From contig CAWBBV010000023.1 of NCBI GenBank assembly GCA_963787125.1, positions 96,001 through 160,000 on the forward strand: a stretch of 64,000 nt of DNA, given 5' to 3'. This document shows, piece by piece, positions 1 to 7,137 of the stretch; position 1 is the stretch's first letter, and each line of letters begins with the position of its first letter. Origin of the DNA: an uncultured delta proteobacterium (GTDB taxonomy: Bacteria > Desulfobacterota > Desulfuromonadia > Geobacterales > DSM-12255). Both the position numbers and the translations under genes were made by a program. A model generated the notes under the pieces. It did no database searches and was not told where the DNA came from. It saw only the letters and a list, made by a program, of their open reading frames with translations.

Positions 1-61
1 AAGGCCGGATCATTTCTGGACGATTAAAGGAAAGAAACCTAATAAAAGGAGGAAGAAAACA

Positions 62-346
62 ATGGCATTAATTACCGGAACGACTAAAGACGGACGTGAG
101 TGGACGCCACAATTCATTACAGCGATTGACAAGGAAACCTGCATCGGTTGCGGACGGTGCTACAAGGTGTGTGCTATGGATGTTCTGGCATACGAAGAGG
201 TGGATACCGAGGAGACGGCAAAAGCGTACATGATGGTTGCTAATGCAGGAAATTGTATCGGTTGTCAGGCCTGCGGGCGGACCTGTTCGAAGAAGTGTTT
301 CACATTCGCACCGGTAGAAGCTCATCCCTACGGTTATACCACCTAG
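62..346 (+). CDS. fdxB: Ferredoxin III, nif-associated 2[4Fe-4S]
   Basis: Two CxxCxxCxxxC motifs (CIGCGRCYKVC, CIGCQACGRTC); N-terminal 'GxxWTPQF' typical of FdxB; GGAGG RBS; nif context. Confidence 0.85.
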   Translation: MALITGTTKDGREWTPQFITAIDKETCIGCGRCYKVCAMDVLAYEEVDTEETAKAYMMVANAGNCIGCQACGRTCSKKCFTFAPVEAHPYGYTT

Positions 347-411
347 AATCTGATCGAGACTGAATATGCTTCACATTTGAGCTGGAGTTGTTCTGGCGAG
401 AGGAGGCCGTT

Positions 412-741
412 ATGTTAATTGCCGTTGCTACAAAAGATGGCACAAATATCAATCAGCATTTTGGCCATGCTGTCCGCTTTCTTATTTATGATGTGGAAGG
501 GACAACGGTGAAGCTGATCGATGAGAAAACGGTTGAAAAATACTGTTCATATGATGAGGCCCACCCCTTGCGAGGTCATGTGCTGCGGGGGATTGCTGAA
601 GCTCTGCAAGGGTGCCGGGCAATTGTCTGCTCGCAGATAGGACAGGCCCCCCAGGAAGAGATGGGGCGGCTCGGATTTGATGTTTACACGCTTGAGGGTG
701 AAATAAATACTGCATTGACAGAGCTGGCAAAAATTCTCTGA
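412..741 (+). CDS. NifB/NifX-family dinitrogenase FeMo-cofactor biosynthesis protein
   Basis: IAVATxDGxxINQHFGHA motif; ATG at 412 follows AGGAGG. Confidence 0.85.
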   Translation: MLIAVATKDGTNINQHFGHAVRFLIYDVEGTTVKLIDEKTVEKYCSYDEAHPLRGHVLRGIAEALQGCRAIVCSQIGQAPQEEMGRLGFDVYTLEGEINTALTELAKIL

Positions 742-828
742 AGATTGAGTAAATTCCCTTCGACTCCGCCCAGGGAACGAACGGGCGCTGAGCGGAGTCG
801 AAGCAAAATCACAAAGAGGTGATGATCC

Positions 829-1623
829 ATGTCAGGACAAGGTTTTAATCTCTGCAACCTCCCTCCATGGGTCATTGCCTCGCGCCATTTCAATGAAAAT
901 CCTCAACCGCTGGAGCTTCAGGGGGTGAGGATTGCCAATCGCAACTTCTTTGCCAGGTTGGACTCCCTGGAAAGCCCTGTCGAGAGAGCGACTGTTTTTA
1001 ACGATTACATGTCCGTGAAGTATCAGCTCCATCACTGGCAGAGTCAGACAGATGCCGCCCGCAAGAGTCTCAAAAACAGCTATCTCCGCTTTCTGCGCGG
1101 CTGGATGATGGATTCCAATTCAGTGGAGGGGGCGGTACTGAAAGGGTGGGTGGAGAGCCGCATGGGGATCCCCCCCACTTTTCACAAGATCCGTATCTCC
1201 GGCATTCATGCTGAAGAGTATATGACCTATGCCATGGATCGCACCAAGGGGAGCGCCCGCACCAATGCCATCAATGCCCAGCTAGACCTGCTGTACGAAT
1301 ATTGCCAATATGAGCTGGCGCAGAGAAAACCCTCAGGGACCCACCTTGTCTTATACCGCGGAACCAATGATGCCAATGATCACGATCTGATCCAGCAGAT
1401 CGGCAAAAGGGAACAGATCGTCCGGCTGAACAATCTTGTCTCCTTTACTGACAATGAAGAGCGGGCCTGGGAATTCGGTGATACGGTCTGGGAGATTCAG
1501 GCCCCCTTGGCAAAGATATTTTTCTTCGCGGATCTGCTGCCGAACAGCATCATGAAAGGCGAGGGTGAGTATCTGGTTATCGGCGGCGAATATCGGGTCA
1601 GGCGGGTCATGTGTACGGCGTGA
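829..1623 (+). CDS. draT: NAD(+)-dinitrogenase reductase ADP-ribosyltransferase
   Basis: CNLPPWVIAS, RFLRGWMMDSNSVEGAVLKGWVESRMG, LYRG and EGEYLVIGG motifs of DraT. Confidence 0.93.
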   Translation: MSGQGFNLCNLPPWVIASRHFNENPQPLELQGVRIANRNFFARLDSLESPVERATVFNDYMSVKYQLHHWQSQTDAARKSLKNSYLRFLRGWMMDSNSVEGAVLKGWVESRMGIPPTFHKIRISGIHAEEYMTYAMDRTKGSARTNAINAQLDLLYEYCQYELAQRKPSGTHLVLYRGTNDANDHDLIQQIGKREQIVRLNNLVSFTDNEERAWEFGDTVWEIQAPLAKIFFFADLLPNSIMKGEGEYLVIGGEYRVRRVMCTA

Positions 1624-1671
1624 TGAGAGAATGTGAGCCTGTAATGCTTGTTTGCGGATAAGCTCTGAGTC

Positions 1672-2322
1672 TTAAAAAATAGAATTAATGAAGTTGGAGA
1701 CCACTCCCCCTTTTTTCTTCGTTCTGGACGGGAGCGGGCTTTTTTCCGCAGTAAGAATATTTCTGCTGAATACGATACGCCAATTGCCGTCTTCTTTAAC
1801 CAGTTCCAGATTGAGCGTTTCATGGCCGTAAAGTCTGAAGGGGCTTGAAACGGTTGCCAACGCTTTTCTGCCGTCAAATTTATTGAACGTCACCTGCTCA
1901 ATGGTGAACTCCTGGATTTTTATGCGATTACTGGTGTGGTCGGCGGTGAAATCGGCCAAAGAGTACCCCTGTCGGGATGCATTTGACAGGTGCGCATAGG
2001 CGTCTTCATAATCACCCGACTTTATTCCGCTCAGAAATGTCGTCGTGCTGGCAATGATTGCGGTTGTTTTCCGCATCGGTTCAGTGACAAAAACAGACCC
2101 GGCAAGAAATATGATTCCCAGCACTGCATAAGCTGCAAGAGCGTATTTTCGCTGTTTCCTGAAGATGTTTTCTCCCAGCCAGGCCCGCTCGATATAGATA
2201 ATGGTGCCGATGACAAGTGAACCAATCACCCAGACAATGAGAGCGTTATCTTTTAGAAGAAGAGAAGCGACCAGACCGATAAAGGTGTTGATCATGGTGA
2301 TATAGATGCCTTGTTTGTTCAC
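1672..2322 (-). CDS. Hypothetical membrane protein with C-terminal NTF2-like domain
   Basis: Three hydrophobic N-terminal segments, then 'GDYEDAYAHLS...LVKEDGNWRI' NTF2-like pattern. Confidence 0.55.
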   Translation of the reverse strand: MNKQGIYITMINTFIGLVASLLLKDNALIVWVIGSLVIGTIIYIERAWLGENIFRKQRKYALAAYAVLGIIFLAGSVFVTEPMRKTTAIIASTTTFLSGIKSGDYEDAYAHLSNASRQGYSLADFTADHTSNRIKIQEFTIEQVTFNKFDGRKALATVSSPFRLYGHETLNLELVKEDGNWRIVFSRNILTAEKSPLPSRTKKKGGVVSNFINSIF

Positions 2323-2404
2323 TGGAGCGCCTTTATGATGGTATCATGCTGAAGAATGTGCTACTGCGCTGCATTGTGCGCCCGGTTGATTGTACCCTTC
2401 GGAT

Positions 2405-2436
2405 AAAAAAAGTCACGTGGCAATAAGCCACGTGAC
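2405..2436 (-). terminator. Rho-independent terminator
   Basis: GTCACGTGGC/GCCACGTGAC stem with A7 on the + strand (U-tract on minus), downstream of ORF 2467-2781. Confidence 0.8.
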
Positions 2437-2466
2437 CTGATTCCCGGTGTTTAAGCGGATATCATA

Positions 2467-2781
2467 TTATGCACCACCAACGCGTGCCCTGTCCAATTCA
2501 TTTTTCTCTGCGTCAAGCTGATTGCGCAGGATGTTCAGTTCCTCGTTGGTGTATCCAGCCAAACCCTTATTGATCTCGGTTTGAAGCATGTCAATCCTGT
2601 GCTGGATTGATTGTGCCCGGTCACCACAGTTCATTGCCATGATCAGGCACTGTTCTTTACCACCCTGAAGCTGTTCCGAACCTCTCGGTTGAACTACGGA
2701 TGAATCGTCTGACAGAACCGGCACCACCATTATCATCAGAGTGGCGACTGTTAAAGCTATTTTTTTTAGAAGATTTCTCAT
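2467..2781 (-). CDS. Small exported hypothetical protein
   Basis: Signal-peptide-like N-terminus, two Cys, coiled-coil C-terminus; AGGAG RBS. Confidence 0.65.
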   Translation of the reverse strand: MRNLLKKIALTVATLMIMVVPVLSDDSSVVQPRGSEQLQGGKEQCLIMAMNCGDRAQSIQHRIDMLQTEINKGLAGYTNEELNILRNQLDAEKNELDRARVGGA

Positions 2782-2851
2782 GGCCTACTCCTTTTTTAGT
2801 TTTCAGTCCTTCTATGATTTTACTGTGCACTTTGCTGGCGAATATTGCAAG

Positions 2852-2866
2852 TGAAAATCATTATCA
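2852..2866. promoter_or_regulatory. Putative Fur box
   Basis: TGAAAATCATTATCA, one mismatch to the 7-1-7 TGATAATnATTATCA, about 70 bp upstream of ORF 2467-2781. Confidence 0.5.
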
Positions 2867-2925
2867 ATTAGTTTTTAGGCAAGTAAAGAGGCCGCTGTCA
2901 ATAAACTGCGGGGAAAGACCCATTA

Positions 2926-2939
2926 CCCGGCTACCCGAT
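2926..2939 (+). mobile_element. Group II intron 3'-end remnant
   Basis: CCCGGCTACCCGAT followed by TGGACA; 2926-2945 is identical to 5031-5050. Confidence 0.5.
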
Positions 2940-3000
2940 TGGACACTACTTGCCGAGCGTTAAAAGGGGAGGGCTGAATCCAGTCATTCCGTCCTCATCA

Positions 3001-3438
3001 TCACAGTTTAGGCGTTATCCATGATGTCGCGGTCGCAAGCCGAATGCCGTCTTCCAATGTCGCCTGACTCAGGCTACCTGCCTCAGTCTGGATACAGATG
3101 AAGTACAAATCCTCATCTCCTGCCTTAAAGGCTCTCTCTCCGGCAGGCGCAACCCGGATCACGCTCCCTTCCTGAACCTCGAATTCATCGCCATCGACAA
3201 AAAAAACGCCGGAGCCCCGCAAGACGATGTACAGTTCCTCGTTCTTTTTGTGGGCATGCACAAACGGTATCCCTTTGCCGGCCGGGAGGCGGTTGAGTGA
3301 TACCTCGGAGCCGGTCAGTCCGAGTTCTTTTCCGATAAAGTATTTACCGTGAAAACCCATGAAATCGTGTTGCAGAAGGTTTTCAAACGGGCCGATGTGT
3401 TCTGCCGAGTAGTTGCTTTTCTGAATGATCATGCTCAT
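3001..3438 (-). CDS. Cupin domain protein
   Basis: PFVHAHKKNEELYIVLRGSG cupin motif. Confidence 0.85.
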   Translation of the reverse strand: MSMIIQKSNYSAEHIGPFENLLQHDFMGFHGKYFIGKELGLTGSEVSLNRLPAGKGIPFVHAHKKNEELYIVLRGSGVFFVDGDEFEVQEGSVIRVAPAGERAFKAGDEDLYFICIQTEAGSLSQATLEDGIRLATATSWITPKL

Positions 3439-3608
3439 GCTCCTTTCGTTTGTTAATGGGTTTTTTCTCGTGTCGAGGTAACTGGGTTGAGTTGCAGCGG
3501 GGTTAACTGCTGCCGCCGATGGTTGGCGTTACAGCTGTCTTTCCCTTAGCCGCAATATTTGCTTAACGTTCCATGAAGTTGTTCTTCTTGCCGTTTAAAT
3601 TTTAGCAT

Positions 3609-3624
3609 GATATTGTACAATATC
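3609..3624. promoter_or_regulatory. yefM-yoeB operator palindrome
   Basis: Perfect palindrome GATATTGTACAATATC with the TGTACA core typical of YefM operators, just upstream of yefM. Confidence 0.65.
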
Positions 3625-3644
3625 TTGTCATTATGGAGGTCGTT

Positions 3645-3899
3645 ATGCAGGCAATTTCATACAGCGAAGCACGCCATGATCTTAAGAATGTTATGGACGA
3701 TGCTTGCAGCAATCACGAACCGATCCTGATCACTCGTCGAAAGGGTGAAAGCGTGGTTCTCGTAAGTTTGGAAGACTATGAGTCTATTATGGAGAGCGAA
3801 TATTTGCTCTCCAGTCCTGCCAATGCTTCACGACTACTGCAATCACTTAAAGAGGCACGGTCTGGAAAGCGAACCCCCATGGATGCTCTTGGGTTATGA
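3645..3899 (+). CDS. yefM: Phd/YefM antitoxin
   Basis: ISYSEARHDLKNVMD...HEPILITR...LLSSPANASRL; GGAGG RBS. Confidence 0.93.
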   Translation: MQAISYSEARHDLKNVMDDACSNHEPILITRRKGESVVLVSLEDYESIMESEYLLSSPANASRLLQSLKEARSGKRTPMDALGL

Positions 3900-4150
3900 A
3901 CGTCACTTTCACGCCGACTGCTCTCGACGATCTGCGTTATTGGCTAAAGACTGATAAACGTCAGGCCGAACGGGTCTTGGCGTTTCTTGAAGAAATTCGG
4001 CGAACCCCTTTTGAGGGCACAGGAAAACCGGAACCTCTCCGTTTTCAGCTAGCCGGTTGCTGGTCGCGCCGGATTAACCGGGAACATCGGCTTGTCTACC
4101 AAGTAGAGGAAACAGAGATCGTCATTATCGCCTGTCGCTATCACTACTGA
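3896..4150 (+). CDS. yoeB: Txe/YoeB mRNA interferase toxin
   Basis: PFEGTGKPEPL...WSRRINREHRLVY...CRYHY; ATGA overlap with yefM. Confidence 0.95.
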   Translation: MNVTFTPTALDDLRYWLKTDKRQAERVLAFLEEIRRTPFEGTGKPEPLRFQLAGCWSRRINREHRLVYQVEETEIVIIACRYHY

Positions 4151-4196
4151 TTTCATTTTCCGGTACCCGATTAAAAATCCTCAATTCACTTTACCG

Positions 4197-4225
4197 TTGA
4201 CTCGGTGTGTATCAGTGTGTATAAA
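4197..4225 (+). promoter_or_regulatory. Sigma70-type promoter of hicAB (probably leaderless)
   Basis: TTGACT-17 bp-TATAAA; ATG at 4232 lies 7 nt after the -10 and has no RBS. Confidence 0.6.
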
Positions 4226-4231
4226 TTATTT

Positions 4232-4420
4232 ATGACCAGCAGAGATATCATCAAGCGACTTGAAAACGAGGGTTGGTATTGTGTCGGCGGCAAAGGCGAC
4301 CACCAGAAATACAAGCACCCGTCAAAAGCTTGTCATGTTGTAGTGCCACATCCACGTAAAGACATGCCAACCGGAACTTTGCGGAACATTTTCCGTCAAG
4401 CAGGTTGGGAATGGAGGTAA
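4232..4420 (+). CDS. hicA: HicA toxin
   Basis: GWY...KGDHQKYKHP...VVPHPRKDMPTGTL HicA signature. Confidence 0.92.
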   Translation: MTSRDIIKRLENEGWYCVGGKGDHQKYKHPSKACHVVVPHPRKDMPTGTLRNIFRQAGWEWR

Positions 4421-4421
4421 A

Positions 4422-4823
4422 ATGTTATACCCCGCATATGTTCACATTGGAGACGATAAAAACGCCCACGGCGTAACTATCCCCGACTTTCCCGGCTGTT
4501 TCTCTGCCGCCGACGAGTGGGAGGATTTACCACACATGATCCAGGAGGCAGCAGAAGTCTATTTTGAAGGCGAAGATATACCTGTGCCGGCGCCAACATC
4601 ATTAGAACAATTGGCTACTAACCCCGAATACCAAGGGGGGGTCTGGCTCTTGGTAGATATTGACCTTGCCAAACTCAAAGTTAAAGCGAAGCGAGTAAAT
4701 ATCACCATGCCGGAAAATCTTCTACATGAGATCGACCGTTATGCCGAGCAATACCATATGACTCGTTCCGGCCTATTGGCCCAGGCTGCGGATCAATATA
4801 TTCACCGCAAACAATTAGCTTAA
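4422..4823 (+). CDS. hicB: HicB antitoxin with C-terminal RHH domain
   Basis: GVTIPDFPGCFSA motif; RVNITMPENLL...MTRSGLL RHH. Confidence 0.92.
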   Translation: MLYPAYVHIGDDKNAHGVTIPDFPGCFSAADEWEDLPHMIQEAAEVYFEGEDIPVPAPTSLEQLATNPEYQGGVWLLVDIDLAKLKVKAKRVNITMPENLLHEIDRYAEQYHMTRSGLLAQAADQYIHRKQLA

Positions 4824-4897
4824 CTATTACCAGTGTGCTCCGGATTTTGCATATTACCTTTGTTTTCCGAGGTTTCCTGATTTAACGGGATAACAAT

Positions 4898-4974
4898 GGG
4901 ACGCCCTTCGTATATTCACATACATAGGCTTACCGTGAAAAAGCGGTCAAATATGAATATGTGAAGGGCGTCCC
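4898..4974. repeat. 77-bp inverted-repeat element (REPIN/MITE-like)
   Basis: GGGACGCCCTTCGTATATTCACA (4898-4920) vs TATGAATATGTGAAGGGCGTCCC (4952-4974), 20/23 complementary. Confidence 0.6.
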
Positions 4975-5008
4975 CCGAAGGCTCCTCCTTCCCCTGCGCT
5001 ACTCGACT

Positions 5009-5044
5009 GGGGGCTGGGGGGAGAAAAACCCCCGGCTACCCGAT
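5009..5044 (+). mobile_element. Group II intron domain 6 / 3'-end remnant
   Basis: GGGGGCTGGGGG...CCCCCGGCT-A-CCCGAT: D6 stem with bulged A and an AY end; no D5 upstream. Confidence 0.6.
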
Positions 5045-5058
5045 TGGACATTTCTCTC

Positions 5059-5736
5059 TTATGGAAGTGCCGTGATAATTTGCCGGTACTCGCCGATACC
5101 ATTTTTGTAAATCTCTTCAAATCGGTCGAACTGTTCCACAAATGCCCTCATTGCTGGATTTACCCATGTTATGGCCTCCAAAATCTCTGTATGTTGATTT
5201 TGGAGATCGCGCCAATGCCAGATTGGTTCATGATGAAATATGCGGTTTCTGAGTGTTCGGACTCGGTTGAGTCGTTTGGAAAGATTCTTTCTGATTCTGA
5301 TGTGGCGGGGCATATTGGGGACAACTGGCTTCAGTAACCACGGCCAGAGTATTTTTTCGTATCGTACGTCGAACAGGCTTGTCCAAAAACCGAAGGTCAG
5401 TTCCGGGATTATCCTCCCTGCGTCGAGCGGCTTCTTGCCTTTGATAAGAGTGTTTTTAGCTTCTTGTACTTTGTTGATTTCCTGCGGGGAGAGTAGTCCG
5501 GGTAGGTCAAACCATGTACCTGTTTTGAATTGTGTCGTTGCAGCATCGTGAATTCCATTTCTGAGGCTGACTTCCAAGCATTGAAGCGGGGTGTAAAGGC
5601 TTTCCGATAACGCCATGTTCCAAGCGTAATGGGCAAACAGCTCCGTGTCGTCATTGCTGGTGCCGCGCTGACGGTAGGCGTCGAGGCGTTCATGCGAGAT
5701 TGCTCGGCGAAGTTGATCAGAAAAATTTGCTTGCAT
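5059..5736 (-). CDS. Abi-like (AbiD/AbiF, Abi_2 family) HEPN RNase
   Basis: ISxERLxxY, LEVSLRN, LTFGFW and RNRIFHHE (RxxxxH HEPN) motifs. Confidence 0.85.
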   Translation of the reverse strand: MQANFSDQLRRAISHERLDAYRQRGTSNDDTELFAHYAWNMALSESLYTPLQCLEVSLRNGIHDAATTQFKTGTWFDLPGLLSPQEINKVQEAKNTLIKGKKPLDAGRIIPELTFGFWTSLFDVRYEKILWPWLLKPVVPNMPRHIRIRKNLSKRLNRVRTLRNRIFHHEPIWHWRDLQNQHTEILEAITWVNPAMRAFVEQFDRFEEIYKNGIGEYRQIITALP

Positions 5737-5765
5737 GTATCACCCGCAATGGCTATTATTTGTAT

Positions 5766-5823
5766 GCAGCCCCCGGAGAAATCCTCTCCCGACCTTGAGT
5801 CGGTGACGATCCCGGGGTTTTTT
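5766..5823 (+). ncRNA. Predicted Abi-associated small structured RNA
   Basis: TTGCAT(5731)-17 bp-TATTAT(5754) promoter; outer stem CCCCGG/CCGGGG, inner hairpin CCGAC/GTCGG, T6 tract. Confidence 0.5.
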
Positions 5824-6008
5824 ATTGCCCAAAATATACTGCCTGAATTTCAAAGACAACGACAAAGTAGCATAACGGGGAACCGCCTTTTTCAGTGGTT
5901 CCCCGTTTTATTGTTAAAGCTTCTAAAAATTGGGAAGCGTCCCGCTTCCCCCGCTGATAGGGCTATTCATTTACCTTCAGACCACAATGTACACAGGTCC
6001 GGCATAAA

Positions 6009-7073
6009 GGGACGTTGTTTGCTGGCTTGCTACCCACCAAACACCTCCCTCATAATCGACTGATTCTCCAGCACAATCCTTTCACCACGTCTCACGGCCA
6101 AACAGACTCCTGATCTTTTCATGTTAAGCAGTGCTCCTACCGCCACTCCGCTCTGCTCAAGCTCTCGAACCGCAAGATAACAAACTACCCCCCTTGCTTC
6201 TACAACTTCAAATATGCGGCCACCTCGTTGCAATGCTTCTGCTGCAACATTAAAATATCCCGCTACCCGCTTCAGTAGCTCAGTCAGGGACATTCGCCTT
6301 GTCAATTTATCTGCCATGTTGTGTTCGCTCCGCAGATAGTCGACAAACTCACCACTGCCAAGCACCCGCTGGTCATAGCTCTCTATCCTGCGACCGTCGG
6401 TAATTTCACCTTGACTGCGACGCAGACCGCCGCCAATCAGGTCATTACGACGCCCTTGCTTGGCCCCGTCTTCCACAAACTGGCGATAGTTATTGATGGC
6501 ACTATTCTTTCGCTTGCCGAAATGGCTCAGTATTTCTCCAGCTGACAGACCTTCATGTTGATGTTTTCCCAGGATGACGGCGTGGCCGCTCCAGGGGTAG
6601 ATGTCAAGTTCCGCCATGCTCTTGACGACTCTGGCACGGAGCGGGTTCAGGTGGATGTAGCGCACAAGCTCTAACAGGTAAGGCTCTTCTTCACAGACGA
6701 TTGATCTGTAGCGGTTTTGGAAAAGGTGGCCGACTCGTTTGTGCCGATGATTGAAATTGATGGCATACCCGGTAAGCAGCCGTCTCATGAAGCTTGCAAG
6801 CCCACCGCTGCCGGAGCGGATTAAGAGGTGAAAGTGGTTTGGGATGAGCGCCCACGCGAGACACTGGGTGCCGGTGGAGGCGAGCAATTCGGCAAGTCGC
6901 TTGACGAACTGCTCGCGATCAGTGTCATCGAGGAAAATCTTACGTTTCTCGATTCCTCGCACGATTATATGCTGTAATATTCCTGGGGAATCCAGTCTTG
7001 ATTGTCTTGGCATGGGGTGGTTTTAGCATAGTTCGGAAAGCCCGTCAACTAACAAGCAAGCAAACAACGTCCC
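6009..7073 (-). mobile_element. RAYT-type element bounded by 21-bp inverted repeats
   Basis: GGGACGTTGTTTGCTGGCTTG (6009-6029) and CAAGCAAGCAAACAACGTCCC (7053-7073), one mismatch, enclosing only the transposase. Confidence 0.65.
6030..7013 (-). CDS. REP-associated tyrosine (Y1 HUH, IS200-like) transposase with C-terminal helical extension
   Basis: MPRxxR..HIIVRG..IF, NHFHLL (HUH), GHLFQNRY, YIHLNP (catalytic Tyr). Confidence 0.88.
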   Translation of the reverse strand: MPRQSRLDSPGILQHIIVRGIEKRKIFLDDTDREQFVKRLAELLASTGTQCLAWALIPNHFHLLIRSGSGGLASFMRRLLTGYAINFNHRHKRVGHLFQNRYRSIVCEEEPYLLELVRYIHLNPLRARVVKSMAELDIYPWSGHAVILGKHQHEGLSAGEILSHFGKRKNSAINNYRQFVEDGAKQGRRNDLIGGGLRRSQGEITDGRRIESYDQRVLGSGEFVDYLRSEHNMADKLTRRMSLTELLKRVAGYFNVAAEALQRGGRIFEVVEARGVVCYLAVRELEQSGVAVGALLNMKRSGVCLAVRRGERIVLENQSIMREVFGG

Positions 7074-7137
7074 CCTAGCCCGTCGAAAGTTAGCTAATTA
7101 GCTAGCAATGTCCCCCTAGGCGTCCCCTTTGCGGCCA

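Noticed and set aside
4160..4172. CCGGTACCCGATT as a third intron 3' stub
   Set aside because: Short, has an indel relative to the other stubs and lacks the TGGACA exon; may be chance.
5874..5950. Hairpins AACGGGGAACC/GGTTCCCCGTT and GGGAAGCG/CGCTTCCC as attC
   Set aside because: Too short and lacking the R/L box layout; more likely a terminator or REP-like debris.
5629..6063. 144-aa plus-strand ORF across the Abi promoter region
   Set aside because: Overlaps both Abi and RAYT, has no motif or RBS, and crosses terminator-like structures.
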